Part shown: positions 54,945-63,776 of the stretch, one piece after another
How the letters are laid out: each line of letters starts with the position of its first letter
How positions within the stretch are numbered: position 1 is the first letter of the stretch
Assembly (NCBI GenBank): GCA_037386965.1
Contig: JARRLN010000002.1
Location: 11,443 to 75,442, forward strand
DNA length: 64,000 nucleotides
Reading direction: 5' to 3'
DNA from: Nitrospirota bacterium
GTDB taxonomy: Bacteria; Nitrospirota; Thermodesulfovibrionia; Thermodesulfovibrionales; JdFR-86
The notes under the pieces: model-generated
The model's input: the letters and a program-made list of their open reading frames with translations, nothing else
Told to the model about the DNA's origin: nothing
Databases searched by the model: none
Program-made: the position numbers and the translations under genes

Positions 54945-55943
54945 TTAAACGATAAAGTAGCACACGGCGCCCGCCGCCGCCAGCGTGAGCACCACCTGCG
55001 CCCAACTCCCTTCCCCGCGAGGATTGCCGGCCGCCTCCTCCCCCCGCAGGCGGGCAATCCGTTCCCTGAGGACCGCAGCGTGCGTCATGTGGCTCACGTT
55101 GGCCCCGATTGTGCCATCCTCGGACAGGGGCGTTTCCTCCTCCCGGAGGAACGCCTCCAGCGTGGAGGCCAGGGCGCCGGGGTTCCCGGTCATCCGGACG
55201 GCCTCGTCGTCGCAGACCTTCTCCTCGTCCTCCACCATTTTCCGGAACTCCAGGAGCACAACGGGATTGAAGAACATGAGGACCCGGAAAACGAAGGCCA
55301 CAAGAAGCAGGGGCCGCCTGCTCCTTGCTATGTGGGCCGTCTCATGGGCGACGGCGGCCTGCAGCTCCTCCCTGGAGAGGCTCTCCACGAGGCCGGTGGA
55401 TACAAAGACGGCGGGCTTTCTCCCCGTGGACGAGAAAAGCACGAGGTCCTCGTCATCGATGACTTCCATCTCCGGGGCCGGGAAGGGAAGACCCGCCAGG
55501 GCCGCCTCCAGGCCGGCGTCGTCCCCGGCCTCCTCGCCCGCCTCCCCTTCCCCGCCGCCCCGGCCCGTCTTGAGGGCGCCCCTCAGGACGGGCACAAGCT
55601 CCTGGAAGGCGAAGAGGGCGACGGTGCCCAAAAGAAGGAGGACGAAGAGGACGCCGAGGGGAAAAAGCCCCCAGGGCTCAAGGTCCAGCCACCGCCGGGT
55701 GTCCAGGAGCGCCCCCAGCCTGAACGAAAGGGAGCCCCGCGCCGGGTTCAGGAGCTGGTAAAGCGGGTAGGAGAAGACCGGAAACAGGATGGCCACCAGG
55801 CGCAGCCTCAGCTGCCAGGCCGGGCTCCTCGTCCCCCACGCCCCGATGGAGCTTTCCACCAGAAGCGCGGCCACAAGCGAGTGCACGAAAGCCTGCACAA
55901 TGTAGGAGCCTATGGCGGTATCGAAAAAATAGGAAATATCCAT
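54945..55943 (-). CDS. M56 (BlaR1-like) family membrane metallopeptidase, no adjacent BlaI-type repressor
   Basis: Polytopic N-terminus, HExxH as AVAHETAHIARSRR, C-terminal TM. Confidence 0.65.
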   Translation of the reverse strand: MDISYFFDTAIGSYIVQAFVHSLVAALLVESSIGAWGTRSPAWQLRLRLVAILFPVFSYPLYQLLNPARGSLSFRLGALLDTRRWLDLEPWGLFPLGVLFVLLLLGTVALFAFQELVPVLRGALKTGRGGGEGEAGEEAGDDAGLEAALAGLPFPAPEMEVIDDEDLVLFSSTGRKPAVFVSTGLVESLSREELQAAVAHETAHIARSRRPLLLVAFVFRVLMFFNPVVLLEFRKMVEDEEKVCDDEAVRMTGNPGALASTLEAFLREEETPLSEDGTIGANVSHMTHAAVLRERIARLRGEEAAGNPRGEGSWAQVVLTLAAAGAVCYFIV

Positions 55944-56143
55944 TCCACGGGTCTCAACTGCGAGGGACGGGACCGCGCACCCCCCGGCCGGGACCGTTTA
56001 ATAATAGCAGATAACCGGCGCGGGGAAGAAGAAAGGACGGCCGCGGGAAAGCGCAAAGCCCGATGCCGGCGTTATGGAGAAGCCCCCGGAACACCCCGGC
56101 CCGGGATGATACAATAAGACAAAGGGGGCCTTGAGAGTACCCG

Positions 56144-56578
56144 ATGGCATATCGAGTGGCGAGGGAGAGGTTCGAAGCCCTGGTGGAGGAGGCCCTCCGG
56201 AGCCTCCCCGAAGAGTTCAAGCGGCATTTCGAAAACATCATCGTGGAGGTCAGCGATTACCCCACCCGGGAAGAAGCGCGGCGTGCGGGTGTCCCGCGGG
56301 AGGGGCTTCTGGGGCTTTTCGAGGGCGTTCCCCATCCCCACCGGGGAGGCTTCTTCGACCTGCCTCCCGTCCTCCCCGCCAGAGTGGTCCTCTATCAGAA
56401 GAACATCGAGGCGTTCTCCCAGAGCGAGGAGGAGCTTGTGCAGGAGGTCCGCTGGACCCTCATGCACGAGGTGGGACATTACTTCGGTCTCACCGAGGAG
56501 GAGGCTCATTGCGCGGTGCGCTTCTCGCTCGGCGTGGACAACGACGAGGGCAGGGGCTCGAGAGGGGGCACGCGGTGA
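56144..56578 (+). CDS. Small zincin-like metallopeptidase-family protein (PF06262/DUF1025-like)
   Basis: ENIIVEVSDYP ... VVLYQKNIE ... TLMHEVGHYFGLTEEE. Confidence 0.65.
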   Translation: MAYRVARERFEALVEEALRSLPEEFKRHFENIIVEVSDYPTREEARRAGVPREGLLGLFEGVPHPHRGGFFDLPPVLPARVVLYQKNIEAFSQSEEELVQEVRWTLMHEVGHYFGLTEEEAHCAVRFSLGVDNDEGRGSRGGTR

Positions 56579-57114
56579 CCGCGTTCGTGCGGAATCCGGC
56601 CAGGCTCCGAATCGCGCACGACAACCTCTCCGTGGTCCAGGGAGATGTCCTCCATCCCGCCGAGGTCGAGGCGGCGGTGAAGGGCCGGGACGCGGTCCTC
56701 TCGGCACTGGGTTTAAGCAAGGGCTCTCCCAAGACCATCTGTGCCGACGGGACCGGGAACATAATCTCCGCCATGAAGAGGCACGGCGTGAAACGTCTCG
56801 TCGTTCAGTCCGCGTTCGGCGCCGGAGAGACGAGAAAGCGGGGGCTTTATGCGCGGCTCCTGTGGATTTTAATCGCCCCGAGGATGAAGGACAAGGAGGC
56901 GATGGAAGCAGCGGTAAGGGAGAGCGGACTGCAGTGGGTAATCGTTCGCCCGGTCAGGCTGACGGACGGTCCCGAAACGGGGTCGTACAGGACGGGAACG
57001 CGCCTGAAACCCGGCCCGTTTCCGAAGGTCTCCCGGGCCGATGTCGCCGATTTCATGCTGCGGCAGATGCAAAGCGACGAGTTTCTGCGCCAGGCGCCCA
57101 CCATAACTGGTTAA
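56575..57114 (+). pseudogene. NAD(P)H-binding (NmrA/atypical-SDR-like) protein lacking the N-terminal Rossmann glycine motif; truncated gene or remnant
   Basis: The homologous region begins at ...GHAVTAFVRNPARL. No GxxGxxG-encoding sequence lies in frame upstream. The only start is GTG 56575, overlapping the upstream stop (GTGA). Confidence 0.45.
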
Positions 57115-57212
57115 ACGCATCGTGCGGAACGGGGGCCACAATACAGACGAGCCTCGGACGCATGAGGCGGGGCGGGCGCCTGGCCCTGTTTGGAGAGTCG
57201 CGGGTTTCCCGC

Positions 57213-58031
57213 TCAGGGGCGCCGCTCCTGAGAGAGGGACAGGATGTAGTTGACGAGGTCCCAGAGGTCCCTCTCGTTTCCCTCGAAGAAGGCTTCATAC
57301 GAAGGCATCGGGGAGCCGTTCATGCCCGTCACCAGGGTCCTGTAGATATCCTCCGGGCGGTCGCCGTTTTTGAACGAAGCCGGCCTGGTCAGGTCCGCCG
57401 GGGCTATGAGGAATCCCCAGTCGTCCCTGAGCGTGGGCGCCGAACCGCCGTCTCCCCGCCCCCCGCCGCCGTGGCACGCGAAGCACTGCAATTTCTGGTA
57501 GACCTGGTATCCCCTCTGGGCGCTGGCGGGCGTCATGGGCTTGGGATATCCCACAATCGGGACAGGTTGTGGATTCGCGTTTTCAAAGCCCGGGAAGAAA
57601 CCTTTGACAAAGTAAATGATTTTCCAGCGGTCGGCCACGCCGAGCCCCGTGAAGGGAGGCATGAATCCCCGCACGCCAGCCGTCACCGTCCGAAACAGGT
57701 CTTCGTCCGTCGGGAGCTCTCCGCTCGGCGTGGACCGGAACTTGAACACCCCGTCGGCAAAGACGCGCGGGCGAGGGGCGAAATCCCGCGCGAGGTAGAC
57801 CGCAGCCGGGCCGTCGCCCTCTCCCTTGACCCCGTGGCACAGGGCGCAGGACCTGTCATACATGGCCTTGCCTTGGGCGCGCGTGGTTTCGTTTACGGGC
57901 GGCCTCTTCGAATACTGCGCCACCGGAATCGGCAGCTCCTGGGCTGCCTCCGTGCGGCCCGGAACCGCCAACAGGACGGAAAGCCCCGCCAAGGCTGCCG
58001 TAAGAATGGAAATGAGCTTTGTCCGTATCAT
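57213..58031 (-). CDS. Periplasmic dihaem cytochrome c, paralogous to the CcoP-like half of the fused CcoO-CcoP
   Basis: Signal peptide. CALCHGVKGEGDG and CFACHGGGGRGDG. FKFRSTPSGELPTDEDLFRTVTAGVRG matches FKFRSTPTGSLPLDTDLYRTITIGVRG at 8318..9658. Confidence 0.85.
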   Translation of the reverse strand: MIRTKLISILTAALAGLSVLLAVPGRTEAAQELPIPVAQYSKRPPVNETTRAQGKAMYDRSCALCHGVKGEGDGPAAVYLARDFAPRPRVFADGVFKFRSTPSGELPTDEDLFRTVTAGVRGFMPPFTGLGVADRWKIIYFVKGFFPGFENANPQPVPIVGYPKPMTPASAQRGYQVYQKLQCFACHGGGGRGDGGSAPTLRDDWGFLIAPADLTRPASFKNGDRPEDIYRTLVTGMNGSPMPSYEAFFEGNERDLWDLVNYILSLSQERRP

Positions 58032-58044
58032 GGCCTGTCCTCCG

Positions 58045-59535
58045 TTAAAACGCCATGTCGACGCCGACGGACGCGATGTATTGGAGGTTCCTCGCCGGGC
58101 TCTCCGCACTCCCGAGCCCGGGCGGCAGCTTCTTGGAGCCCGCAAGGTTGAAATGAGACCGCGCGTAAAGTCCGATGTTGGGCACCGGGTAGAACTTGGC
58201 CAGCACGCCCAGGAACGAGGCGTCTTGGTTCACCTTCGGCCCCCCCTGCTGAAGCGCGGGCGGCAGCTCCGCGAGGCCGCCGGGGTCCATGAAATCGTAC
58301 CGGGCGCCCAGGAGCCACTGGCGGTTCACCAGCCAGTCGGCCTCCACGCTGAGGCCGAAGGCGTCCTCGTCCCATTTGGAAAGGCTGCCCGGCGCGCCTG
58401 CAAACCGGACGTCGCCTATCCAGTCCCAGATGCCGGTGCCGTAGATGTCCAGGTACTTGTAGTGCCATCTTGCCGCGACGCCGAAGCGGTCCCAGTCCAC
58501 GGGCTCCGCATAGACGAAAGGCCCCGTCGCACTACCCGATGGATTAAGGGTGGGCCGGGCCGCGTCCTGGGCGTGGTAGTAGAACCCGGAGACCTGCACG
58601 TCGGAGAAAGGGCCCACGATGTCGTACCGGAGCATGCCGTAGATATCCCACCGGGTGTCCTGCGAGTCCTCGGCGGTGTCCCCCTGCGCCACGCCCACCT
58701 GGTAGAGGAAGGACGGGCCGAAGGGCCTCCCGTAGACCGTCGCCCCTTTGCTTGCGGGCACGTCGAACAGGAAGGGCTCGAAGGGGAGTATGGCGAACCC
58801 CTCGACCCCCTCCCTTGCCGGTCCGGTGGTCAGCCCGTACATCTTGCTTGAAAACGCGAAGGGAAGCATGGGGATGCGCTTTATTTCCGGGGGAAAAACA
58901 TCGGTCTCCGCATCGGGCGGTATGGGGTCCAGCTGCTGGCGGTGCGTGGGGAACGAGTAAAACGCCGACGGGTCGAAGTTTCCTATCTTGAAATTCGCAA
59001 GCTGGTAGCCGCCCAGGTTGTCGAATACGAGGAATACCCGCTCGAAGCCCAGGCCGCTTCCTTCCTCCTCGGCGTTGAACTCCCCCTCGATGAAGAAGCT
59101 GATGTTCCTGGCCGCCGTGCCGGCAAAGAAGAGGTTTATAATCTTGGGAAACACGACGTCGAAGTCCTCCTGCTTGTCGTCCTCGGTCTCCCTGAACCCG
59201 GCCTTTCTGACCTCGGCGCGCAGCCTCACGGCGGTAAAGTTGGTGACCTGGCCGAGGGTGGCGCCGCCCACGGGGCCGCCCAAAAGCTCCTTGAGCGTTC
59301 TGCCGCCCTCCTCGGTAGCGGGCATCTGGTAGCCGTTTTCCTGGAACCTCTGGCCGAAGGGGTTCAACCTGGGCTCCCGCGTATGGCAGGCGTTGCACGT
59401 CAGGTTGTACTTCCGGCCAAAGGCCGGTATGGCGTCGGCATCCCTCACGTCCAGCAGGCACAGGGACAACGAAAAGGCAGCCAGCAGAGAGGCAAACGCC
59501 ACCCACCCGCAAACCCCGGTGCGTGTCTTTTCCAT
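58045..59535 (-). CDS. Fused monohaem cytochrome c / outer-membrane beta-barrel protein (Cyc2-like architecture)
   Basis: Signal peptide, then FGRKYNLTCNACHTREPRLNPFGQRFQENGY (single CxxCH). About 430 aa of alternating, Gly/aromatic-rich sequence follows, ending ...ASVGVDMAF (terminal Phe). ATG 59535 with RBS GGGAGG. Confidence 0.7.
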   Translation of the reverse strand: MEKTRTGVCGWVAFASLLAAFSLSLCLLDVRDADAIPAFGRKYNLTCNACHTREPRLNPFGQRFQENGYQMPATEEGGRTLKELLGGPVGGATLGQVTNFTAVRLRAEVRKAGFRETEDDKQEDFDVVFPKIINLFFAGTAARNISFFIEGEFNAEEEGSGLGFERVFLVFDNLGGYQLANFKIGNFDPSAFYSFPTHRQQLDPIPPDAETDVFPPEIKRIPMLPFAFSSKMYGLTTGPAREGVEGFAILPFEPFLFDVPASKGATVYGRPFGPSFLYQVGVAQGDTAEDSQDTRWDIYGMLRYDIVGPFSDVQVSGFYYHAQDAARPTLNPSGSATGPFVYAEPVDWDRFGVAARWHYKYLDIYGTGIWDWIGDVRFAGAPGSLSKWDEDAFGLSVEADWLVNRQWLLGARYDFMDPGGLAELPPALQQGGPKVNQDASFLGVLAKFYPVPNIGLYARSHFNLAGSKKLPPGLGSAESPARNLQYIASVGVDMAF

Positions 59536-59624
59536 CGGCAAAACCTCCCGTTATCGGCGGACCAGAGTCCGTTTTCCGTGAAACCCGGGAAAATTCAAGC
59601 ACAGTCCGGCTGCATTTCATTTAC

Positions 59625-59650
59625 CTATCAAAGAACATGCAGGCTGTCAA
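59625..59650 (-). promoter_or_regulatory. Promoter-like element TTGACAGCC-N9-TTTGATAG, about 90 nt upstream of the porin-cytochrome gene
   Basis: Second copy of the element at 17738..17763, with identical fixed positions and spacing. Confidence 0.4.
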
Positions 59651-59755
59651 TAGAAAATTCCTTAACCCCGCATTGTTAAGCCCTGATTATCACACCCTTG
59701 GAAGCCCGACCGGAAGGCGGGGCGGCACGGCCGCCGGTCCCGGCTTGCCGGAAAC

Positions 59756-60247
59756 CTACTCGATTTTTCTGAACGACCTCTTCCGCGAGCCGCACACCGG
59801 ACACTTCCCGGGCGGGTCGCCCTCCACGGTTAATCCGCACACCTTGCAGATATGGTAGTCCGCTTCTTCGAGGGCCCCGATGTTCTCACGCGCCCTTTCA
59901 AGGAGGCGGGCAAAGACCTTTCCCGCCTCAAACGCGTAACAGAAGGATTTCGTGGCCCAGGTGTCAGCCGCCGCTATGGCGTCGTCCATCATGGGGAGAT
60001 ACATCTTCTGAAACTCCTCAATTTCAGCGAGTGCGGTCTTGAGGTTTTCCTCCGTGTCCCTTACGGCACCCCGTGCCCGCAGATGGTTCCTGGCGTGGAT
60101 GGCCTGGCTCTCTGCGGCGGCCCTGAAGAGCCTGGCCGCCTGCCTCCGGCCCTCCTTTTCCGCTTTCCATGCAAAGGCGAGGTATTTCCCGTTTGCCAGC
60201 GACTCTGCGGCAAGGGCATTATCGATGTCTTTTTCGAGCGCGGTCAT
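59756..60247 (-). CDS. Rubrerythrin-family protein (ferritin-like helical bundle plus C-terminal rubredoxin-like CxxC...CxxC)
   Basis: AAESLANGKY, AEIEEF, and C-terminal CKVCG...CPVCG. Some canonical di-iron E/H ligand positions appear substituted. Confidence 0.7.
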   Translation of the reverse strand: MTALEKDIDNALAAESLANGKYLAFAWKAEKEGRRQAARLFRAAAESQAIHARNHLRARGAVRDTEENLKTALAEIEEFQKMYLPMMDDAIAAADTWATKSFCYAFEAGKVFARLLERARENIGALEEADYHICKVCGLTVEGDPPGKCPVCGSRKRSFRKIE

Positions 60248-61287
60248 TATTCCTCCTCCGGCTTCTCCGTCCTATTCACGGCATCGCGCACCGCCCACAC
60301 GTGGAAATGAGCGCCCCGTTTCTGGCCCACGCCCACGGCCCCCTTTGTAAGGTACAGGGCCCAGGCCCAGTCCGGCTCGAACATGCTCGTCGTGGACGAC
60401 CAGTATGCCTCCCGCACGTCTTGGAAGGGATGTCCGGCAGGCAGGGCCGGGCTGTGGGTGCTGGCGTCCACAAGGGATTCCAGCTCGTTTATGTTGGGCA
60501 GCCGCCAGCCCGTCCCTTCTTTTCCGCTCCGGTTGAGCTCCTCCACGGCCCCGAGGGCCTCTTTCCAGGTGGCCTTGCCCCCCGAAAGGTCCGCCTCCTT
60601 GCGCCAGAAGAGGTGTGTGAGACGGTCATGCACCACGCCGCCCGAGACGGCAAACCGGGGCTCCGGCCATGCATGCCCCGTACGGAACTCTCCGTCCTGC
60701 CCGGAGCCCGCGCAGGCAATGACATCTCCACCCGCGTCATGGCATTCCCTCTGCCCGGTGGCGGGCAGGACGCCCCGGCCTTCGCCGCGCACCGGCCAGA
60801 GCAGAAAGAACTGCTCCTTTTGCCCGTAGAACATGCGGGCGCCCTCCATGTGTACGTACCACGCATAGGCAGTATTGATGGCAGCCGTCGTGGACGTCCA
60901 GTACCAGCCCAGGAAGACGTTTTCAAAAGGATGGCCCTCGGGAAGCGCGGGGTTCTTCGTCTTGTGGCTCATCAGGCTTCTCAGCTCGCGCCGGTTGGGG
61001 AGCCTCCAGTCGCCGCATCCGAAGGCCTTCTCGCGGTTCATCCTTGCGACGAAATCAAGCGCCTCCCTCCACGTGAGGGGGAACTCCGCAAGGTTGGCGT
61101 CCCGGGTCCAGACGAGGCCCGTCAGGCGGTCAAAGACCGCCTCCTCCCCGGGCTCGAACCTGGGCACGGGCCACGAAACGCCCCTTCTGAGCTCCGCATC
61201 CTGCCCGCTTCCCCGGCAGGGGACCTCCTGGCCCTGCGTATCGTGACACGTCTCCTGGCCCGTCCACAGGTAGCATCGGCCCTTCAT
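60247..61287 (-). CDS. Tandem DUF1566 (Lcl C-terminal-like) domain protein
   Basis: Two internal repeats, each C-x-D...C-x-GSGQD(A/G)E...W...PRF...WRLPN..EL.SL. No obvious signal peptide. Confidence 0.6.
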   Translation of the reverse strand: MKGRCYLWTGQETCHDTQGQEVPCRGSGQDAELRRGVSWPVPRFEPGEEAVFDRLTGLVWTRDANLAEFPLTWREALDFVARMNREKAFGCGDWRLPNRRELRSLMSHKTKNPALPEGHPFENVFLGWYWTSTTAAINTAYAWYVHMEGARMFYGQKEQFFLLWPVRGEGRGVLPATGQRECHDAGGDVIACAGSGQDGEFRTGHAWPEPRFAVSGGVVHDRLTHLFWRKEADLSGGKATWKEALGAVEELNRSGKEGTGWRLPNINELESLVDASTHSPALPAGHPFQDVREAYWSSTTSMFEPDWAWALYLTKGAVGVGQKRGAHFHVWAVRDAVNRTEKPEEE

Positions 61288-61352
61288 TACCCATCACCCC
61301 GACTAATTAACCGCCCCCTTGCGCCGATGGCTCCGGTCGCCGGCGTACCGCG

Positions 61353-63776
61353 TCAAGAAAGTCCACGGTGCGGCGAGAATGCCTTTCTGAGCTCAAGCCA
61401 GCCGATGGCCGCAAGCGCTATCGCGAAAATGATGCCGAACTGGCTTACCGAAAGCGCGGCAAGCTTGAAATATGAGGCAAGCACCGGAACACTGGTCCCG
61501 GCAAACAGGAATATGAAGGCGGAAACGGCCCATGCGCCCATTACCCTGTTGGAAAGCAGGCCCAGTCTCCAGAGCGGCTCCTTTTCCGAACGGGAAACAA
61601 AAGCAAGAAGGACGTGGCCGATGATCCATCCGGAAAAGGCAAAAGTCTGCGTTTGGGCGAAGCTGAGATGCCGGGACAGCGCGTAGAGATAACAGACCGA
61701 TACCGCGGCAAAAAGCCCCAGCCCGGAGAGGCCGATTTTCTTGAGCAGCGCAGAGTCGAGGAACCTTTCCCGGGGGTTTCGCGGAGGACGGCTGTAAATC
61801 GTCCCTTCGGCCAGCTCGGCGACAAAGGCCGCCGAAGCCCCCAGGTCCATGAACAGCTCGAGCACGATAATCTGAATGGGGGCAAAGGGAAAAGGGACAC
61901 CCATGAGAACCGGCAGGAGGAAGGAAAGGACGAGAGCGAGCTTCGCCGAGAGATAGTAGGCCGTCCCCTTGCGCACGTTGTCGAAGAATTTGCGGCCCTC
62001 GAAAATGCCCCGCGCGATGGTGGTAAAGTTGTCGTCCGCCAAAACCGCGTCGGCCGCTTCCCTGGCGGCGTCCGTCCCCCGCTCTCCCATCGCGATGCCC
62101 ACGTCCGCAGCCTTGAGCGCGAGGGTGTCGTTGACACCGTCTCCCGTGACCTCGACGATTTCGCCGTTTCTCTGGAGGGCTTGCGCCAAGCGGTATTTGT
62201 GCTGCGGGCTGGTCCTTGCGAAAACGGAGGTTTCCTTCACCGCCTCGGACAATGCTTCATCCGAGAGCGCGTCCAGTTCGGCCCCGGTAAGGGCTTTCTC
62301 CCCGGGAATCCCCACGCTTCTAGCGATGAAGGAAGCGGTCGCGGGGTGGTCGCCCGTTACCATGACGATCCGTATGCCCGCCCGTTTTGCCGCCGCCACC
62401 GCCTCCCGTACGCCCGGCCGCGGCGGGTCTTCCAGGGAAACCAGGCCGACGAAGTCCATGTCGTGCTCCAATTGCAGGAGCGGCTCTCCGGATTCCGCCG
62501 GGGAGATAATTTTTCGAGCGACGGCGATTACTCTTCTTCCCTTCGCCGTTTCTTCCTTGAGCGCGGCCTCCGCCTTGCCATCAGGCACTTCTGTAAAGCG
62601 CAGGACCTCCTCCGGCGCGCCGCTCATGAACAGAATATGCTCTCCGTCCACTTCGCGGACAACCGCCCGCGTTTTCCTGCCGTCACCGAAGGCGCGCTCG
62701 CGGACTATGGCGCCTTCGGGCTGCGCTATCGCCAGCGCGGCGGCCCTCTTGCCCACCGCCCTATCGGTCGGCGAGAGGGAAAACTCGGTGAGGGCGAGCA
62801 GTGCCGCTTTCACGACGTCCTGCTCTCGGTCGCCCGGGGATACCGAGGCAACCTGCATTTCGTTTTCGGTAATCGTTCCCGTCTTGTCGGTGAGGATGAC
62901 CGTGGCGTTTCCCAGCACCTCCGCCGCCCGTATCTTTTTGACCAGGAACCCTCTTTGAGAGAGCTCATAGCTCCCCAGCCCCAGCACCATCGTAATGATG
63001 ATGGGCAACTCCTCGGGAATGGTCGCGAAGGCGAGCGCAAGGCCGGTCAAAACGCTCTGTCGAAAATCCGCGCCGCGCAAGAATCCCAGCACGGCTATCG
63101 CGACGCTTATAAAAAGAGCGATGACGAGCAGCCGTTTCGACAAAGCCTTCATCGCTACCTGAAGAGGCGTTTTGGGCTCCTTGATTTCTTCGGCAAGCAC
63201 CGCGATGTTGCCGAATCTGCTACGGGCCCCCGTGGCAAAGACTTCCGCCTTTCCTTCCCCGGAGACGACGAGCGTCCCGGCGTATACCTCGTCGCCCGCG
63301 TTCTTCTCACGGGAGAACGATTCGCCGGTGAGCACCGACTCGTCAACCTGAAGGCTGACCGCCGCGAAGAGCTTGCTGTCGGCTGCGATGCGCGCGCCGG
63401 GCGTCAAGACCAGAATATCGCCCGGCACTATGGCTTCAGTTTTTACCTCCGTGACGCTTCCGTCCCGGAATACCTTCGTCCGGGGTGCGGCGAGCTTCGC
63501 GAGCGATTCTATCGCCTTTTTCGCCCGGTACTCGTTCCAGACCTCGACGAAAACCAGCGCGACGATGATAATGAAGATGGTGAGCGCGTCCCCCAGGCTC
63601 CCCCAGATTGCGTAAAAAAAGCCAACGACCAGCAGGAGCAGGATGAGCGGCTCGGTTATTTCTTCTGCGGCAATGGAGAAAAAACTCAACCGCGCCGGCT
63701 TGCTTAACCGGTTCGGGCCGAACTCCTTGACTCTTCTCTGTGCTTCTGCAAAGGAAAGGCCGGTTTTTTCTTTCAT
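61353..63776 (-). CDS. Cation-transporting P-type ATPase (P2-like)
   Basis: 807 aa; TGES, DKTGTITENEM, IPEELP (TM4), VTGDGVNDTLALKAADVGIAMG, about 10 TM. Confidence 0.85.
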   Translation of the reverse strand: MKEKTGLSFAEAQRRVKEFGPNRLSKPARLSFFSIAAEEITEPLILLLLVVGFFYAIWGSLGDALTIFIIIVALVFVEVWNEYRAKKAIESLAKLAAPRTKVFRDGSVTEVKTEAIVPGDILVLTPGARIAADSKLFAAVSLQVDESVLTGESFSREKNAGDEVYAGTLVVSGEGKAEVFATGARSRFGNIAVLAEEIKEPKTPLQVAMKALSKRLLVIALFISVAIAVLGFLRGADFRQSVLTGLALAFATIPEELPIIITMVLGLGSYELSQRGFLVKKIRAAEVLGNATVILTDKTGTITENEMQVASVSPGDREQDVVKAALLALTEFSLSPTDRAVGKRAAALAIAQPEGAIVRERAFGDGRKTRAVVREVDGEHILFMSGAPEEVLRFTEVPDGKAEAALKEETAKGRRVIAVARKIISPAESGEPLLQLEHDMDFVGLVSLEDPPRPGVREAVAAAKRAGIRIVMVTGDHPATASFIARSVGIPGEKALTGAELDALSDEALSEAVKETSVFARTSPQHKYRLAQALQRNGEIVEVTGDGVNDTLALKAADVGIAMGERGTDAAREAADAVLADDNFTTIARGIFEGRKFFDNVRKGTAYYLSAKLALVLSFLLPVLMGVPFPFAPIQIIVLELFMDLGASAAFVAELAEGTIYSRPPRNPRERFLDSALLKKIGLSGLGLFAAVSVCYLYALSRHLSFAQTQTFAFSGWIIGHVLLAFVSRSEKEPLWRLGLLSNRVMGAWAVSAFIFLFAGTSVPVLASYFKLAALSVSQFGIIFAIALAAIGWLELRKAFSPHRGLS

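Noticed and set aside
55954-56241. 95-aa minus-strand ORF upstream of the M56 peptidase, considered as a possible BlaI-like repressor
   Set aside because: It has no winged-helix features, overlaps the plus-strand zincin gene start, and has implausible composition.
61614-63707. 697-aa plus-strand ORF
   Set aside because: It is antisense to the P-type ATPase (DKTGT, GDGVND). Shadow ORF.
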